DNA of 64,000 nt from Eledone cirrhosa. Taxonomy: Eukaryota. A program made the position numbers and the translations under genes. Under the pieces are notes generated by a model. It was given only the letters and a program-made list of their open reading frames with translations. It did not search any database and was not told the origin of the DNA. Where the stretch lies: positions 11,966,001 to 12,030,000 of the forward strand of contig OZ024750.1 in NCBI GenBank assembly GCA_964016885.1. The letters are read 5' to 3'. Shown here in pieces: positions 59,210-64,000 of this stretch. The number at the start of each line of letters is the position of its first letter. The stretch's first letter is position 1.

Positions 59210-62200
59210 TCAGTATGTTCTGCGTTTCCGTTTTCGCTTTGGTTTATGTTTGGTTTTTAATAAGCATTTTGGACAAAACCATTGATCTTCTTCTGGAGGT
59301 TCTTCTTTTATATTTACACAAGGCCTGAAAAATAATGAAAAATATTTACTTTAGTAATTCCAAAAGGTTACCATTTGAATTGTCACATCCATATTCAGAT
59401 GAACCTATCATAATATCAACTTCATGTAGTCAACAATAGACAATCTCCTACAATAATTGATAGAAAGTATTCAACTTTAAGAGAGCCTATCATATATGTA
59501 TGTGTGTGTGTGTGTGTGTGTGAGTCACTGCGAGTGCCTTCATATCAACACTATTTATAAAGCACCCAGTGATGTTTGTTTATGACACCATAAATAATAT
59601 ACACAGCATCTTGTTTGATGTTACTATATTTAAAATAAAGTTTGAGCTAGTGCCATGAAGGACATCAATAAAAACTGCTTCAAATCTTCTTGTCTAATCG
59701 ATGCAGACAAAGCCAACAACGTCGATGATGATGATGGGTATCAATTTTAATGTACTTAGGTTAGCTTTTATCCTTAAATAGCTATTCTCAACTGTTATAC
59801 ACATTTAAATTTCAAGTTGTGAGTATATGAAGTGAAGCAGACCCTAGCAGAAGTTGGTGTTAGAATATAGAGGGTTGAAACTAAAATACAGTGGCAATAA
59901 CCAGAAGAGTTACTTACCAATGGTACCATTCATCACAATCATCACATCCAATCATTGGACTGCCATCATCTGGTAATGTACAACCTGGACAAATCCAAAC
60001 TTTGTGTCCATTTTCATCCTAAAAAATAAAAATAAAAAACGTTTGTTTTTTTTTCAGATTGAAAGATATATTATAAATAACCAACCAATAAGATAATAAG
60101 ATATATGTGATACTGTATGAAGAGATTATTGAATATATTTTTACAAACATTTACAAATCTACTCATGACAACCTGCATACTATGGTAAGATTGACCAACT
60201 TAATTGAGTTAAATATCAAATATAATTATTTAAAGTTACACTTACAAAGAATGTTCCCACAGTCTCTGCAAAAACTGAACGTTGAACAGTTCTCTTCCCC
60301 AGTAGATTAGAACTATCCGAAGGTTCCATCACCATTGTTGATCCCTTTGCGTCTAGTGGCATCATATAAGGTAGTTCAAGTGTAGAAGCACCAGCAACCT
60401 GGATATTGGCTGCTTTCTGAGCAGTATTAAACGAGTGTTCTGCTTTTAATAATTGCTCATGTGTTAAAGGTGAAGGTAGTAGTAGAGTAGGTGTCAACGG
60501 ATTTTCAGGTTGTGTTCGGATGGAATCTGTCATATTTTCTCTAAAAGATGTGATGGTGGACATACCAGAATTTCTTGAATTTTGAAGGTTCTTGGAAGCT
60601 GCCCTTGATGGTCTTCCAGTCTTCCCACCTCTGCCCGTGTGAGATTTTGGAGTCACTTTAGGTGTGGGCTGGACTTTAGGTACAGGTGGAGTGTGGAGTT
60701 TCGGGATTGGTGTTGGGACAGGAATGGGATTTAGTCGAGACATGTTAGCAATAGGATTAGAGACGGATGGTATTAAAGGATTAAATGATTGGTGTGTGAG
60801 TGGGTGAGCGATTGGTAATGTGGATAAATGAGATTTGTGTGAAGGAGATGATGGATATGGAATAGTTGGAGGTGGTGATGAAGGAACTTCTACTTTTGGA
60901 GGTCGTCCCAGTCTGTTTGGAGGTCTGTTGATTTTCATAATCGGTTTTTCTTTTGTTAAAATTGCCTTCTCAGGTTTCATGATAGGCATCTTTGCTACAG
61001 GAGCTACCCTTGTCATATGTGCTCTTGGAGCAACAGGAATATCAGTGGGGACAACAGGCACTTTTGTCATAGGTACCCTTTCTGCTTTCATTGCAGTCTT
61101 TGTTTTGGTGGGAACACTTTCTGGTTTAGCTTTAACAGGAAGTTTATCAGCTTTTGCTGCCATACCTCTGTTTCCCTTACCACCCTTCGCTCCTTTACCT
61201 CTACCAGCTTTTGTAGTGGCCCTTGGGGTAATATTGCCCACCTTTGTAAAACCAATTTCTCCTTTGAAATTAGTTTTACTAGTAATATCCATTTCGGGCT
61301 TATCAAGATTCGTTGGCATCATTACCCTCTCAGCTTGTTTCATCATTGGTTTAACTGCAACTTGTTTTTCTGCTTTCATCACAGGATGATGCATTTCTCC
61401 AACATTGGGATACATCATTTGTTTAGATCCACTTGCTAGTTCAGGAAACTCAGCTGGCATCATTGCTGGTGGAAAAGATGCTCTCTTGTCAAGAGGATAT
61501 GCTGCCATTTTGGGCCCTTTCTTTGTTACTTTCTTTTCAACCTTTTTCACTGCAGCTTTTTTAACACCCGCTTTCTTTTTAGCAGGAGGTTTGGTTTTAG
61601 GTAATGGCTTCTCTGGTTTCAGGATCTTTTCTGGCTTTTCTGTATGAGCCATTGGAGGAGACATAACTACTGGTGGAGACATAACTGTTGGTGGCACTGG
61701 GGTCCTGATAACTCTGGAAAAAAATAAAGATAATCATTAAGAATAACTGAATTAATTGTTAAACAAAACTATAGCAGACAAATTTGTAATAAAAATGTGA
61801 ATTCAATCACTCTGAAGATATAAGACTACTTGGGGTAGAGTGGGCTCTTGTAAACTGCAGTGAAGGCAATCCATTTAGGAGAGCAGTGATTCTGAGTAAA
61901 AACTGATACAGGATAACGAAGACCCTTAAGTCTTAAGAAACAACCTCTCTAGCACTGGCAGCATGATAAAATGTACCCAGTCCATGTTGTAAAGAGGTTG
62001 GTGATACAAAGGGCATCCAGCCCCAACAAAAAACATAAACAGTACAATCCTTAAAATTGTGAGCATAGCACAAAATGTTTAATCTCACAGAAGAGATGAG
62101 AAGGAACACAACAAGTAAAGCTAAGGTGTACTGGAAAGTACCCGTCCAACCCATTCAAGCATGGAACAGCAGGCATATGATGATGATATATTGGGATTTG

Positions 62201-62332
62201 TTAAAATATTGATCAGAAATTTTGCATTAGTGATCTTGTTTGGAGAGATGATCTATTGCACAAATGAGCTGTGAGGTCCATTCCATCCAACCCATGCAAG
62301 TGTGGAAAAACAGATGTAAAAAGATCATGAAT

Positions 62333-62380
<48 letters not shown>

Positions 62381-64000
62381 CATGTGTGTATGTACACAAG
62401 AGAGTATTCAAACTCACATACAAGCACATATACTCATATATGCATACAAACATATATATATAAACACGCATACAAATACACACATGTATACATAGATACA
62501 GTTATTCAATAGATACTAACAGCCTTGGAATTTCAGGTCTTGACAAAGATGGTGACTGAGGTGGTTCGCGTTGTTTGCTGGCATTACTAGGTGAGCGTTC
62601 AGTAATGGAGAGAGAAACGGCTGATGGGACAGGTTTATTACTTCCATCATCAGATGCTACAGCGACAGGCGTACTACTACCTATTTTGATGTTCAACTTG
62701 AGCCGTGGCACTGAAAGCGGAGTCGATACTTGTCCATCATGGGGCACAACAGTACACTACAAAAGAAAAAAAAGAAAAATTAATGATGCAGTAAATATCT
62801 AAAGGTACAAGAGACAAATCAATTGAAAGCAAAGGAATAGTCAAATCACCTCAAAACAAACATCTGAAAGTATGATTTTCATCATTTATCATTGATTATT
62901 TTTCTTTAATATCAGACAGAATAAAAATGGTAAAGACTAAATATATTAACATCACTTACTTGATAATTATCTTCTTTGATTCGTTCTTTATCTTTCTGCT
63001 TTTTCTCTTCTCTTTCTTTAGTTTTCTTCTTCTTCTCTTTGTCTTTCTTTTTCTCTTTCTTTTCCTTTTTGTGTTCTTTTATCTAAAAGATAAATGTTAG
63101 AGTTAGATGTGACAAACTATTAATAAAATAACAGCTAGAGTTAGAGGTGACAAACTATTAATAAAATAACAGCTAGAGTTAGAGGTGACAAACTACCTAT
63201 AAAATAACAGCTAGAGTTAGAGGTGACAAACTACCTATAAAATAACAGCTAGAGTTAAAGGTGACAAACTACCTATAAAATAACAGCTAGAGTTAGAGGT
63301 GACAAACTACCTATAAAATAACAGCTAGAGTTAGAGGTGACAAACTACCTTTAAAATAACAGCTAGAGTTAGAGGTGACAAACTACCTTTAAAATAACAG
63401 CTAGAGTTAAAGGTGGCAACTACCTGTTAAGATTGGCTAATAATTTCAATAGCACAAACATACATGGGAACAAGGAAAACCTGGACGTAAAACTGATAAT
63501 GATGATAATGATGTTCTAACTTACCTTTGATTTCAGTTTGGATTTTATCTTCCCTTTACCACCTTTCTTGAGCCCAATTTTCATTTTAAGCTGCGAGAGG
63601 TCAGAATCCTGCATTGACAGATTTCCCAAGTCCGTAGGCATGAATGGAACTGAAGGAAGCATGCCCATGGCATTTGCTGCACTGGTAGCAGCTGTTGACA
63701 GTAGAGTGAGTGAGTCCATGACTGTGGGTGACATCTGCTTGGGAGAAGGCGATACACTGTGTGAGGAGCTGCCTTGAACTGGTGATGAACAACAGCGCGA
63801 CACAGGTGGACTGCCATCAAAATCATAGATTTTCCAAGCTTCGGAAGCAAATCTGTCGGGACAAGCAAGAGGGGTCCTGTCAGGACCAGGGGAATTCTGA
63901 TGTTGAACGTTTTGTTGCATTTTCTCCTTGAGTTTCTCGGGAACTTCAGCATTTTCTTTGTCATTCTGCTCAATAACTTTCGTTTTCATTTTTAATTTCT
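59210..64000 (-). CDS. TAF3: TFIID subunit 3, 3' part (5'-incomplete)
   Basis: Exons >64000-63525, 63082-62960 (KEKKEKKKDKEKKKK), 62756-62521 (VPRLKLNIK), 61713-60246, 60018-59918, 59324-59210. C-terminus FAETVGTFF-DENGHKVWICPGCTLPDDGSPMIGCDDCDEWYHWPCV...WFCPKC is the TAF3-type PHD finger followed by a basic tail. Confidence 0.93.
63097..63425. repeat. Minisatellite, 38-bp unit x ~8.5 (TAF3 intron)
   Basis: Repeated AGAGTTAGAGGTGACAAACTACCTATAAAATAACAGCT. Confidence 0.94.

Noticed and set aside
60835-61647. Hydrophobic plus-strand ORFs resembling membrane proteins
   Set aside because: Antisense shadows of the Lys/Pro-rich TAF3 exon.

Overview
AT-rich, intron-rich animal genomic DNA. The repeat content (tRNA-derived SINEs with RTE-type tails, RTE LINE ends, TTAA-flanked MITEs, long (TA)n/(CA)n runs) suggests a coleoid cephalopod such as Octopus; the taxon is an inference. 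Six spliced genes were reconstructed by hand with frame-consistent GT-AG junctions: (1) the 3' part of a low-complexity scaffold protein ending in a PDZ-binding motif, possibly FRMD4/CCDC120/Stepping-stone-like (+); (2) ATE1 (-), with a tandem pair of mutually exclusive exons and a candidate 30-nt microexon; (3) BCKDHB (+), head-to-head with ATE1; (4) a PI-PLC X-domain protein (-); (5) TIMMDC1 (+), head-to-head with it; (6) the 3' part of TAF3 (-). Introns hold a Buster-type hAT element with intact ends whose 5' transposase half is replaced by a minisatellite, piggyBac-type MITEs, RTE/CR1 fragments, SINEs, many minisatellites and several fold-back structures. The most unusual items are the ATE1 splicing architecture and a (TA)n-embedded branched fold-back element present in two copies. 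No prokaryotic-type system or CRISPR array is present.
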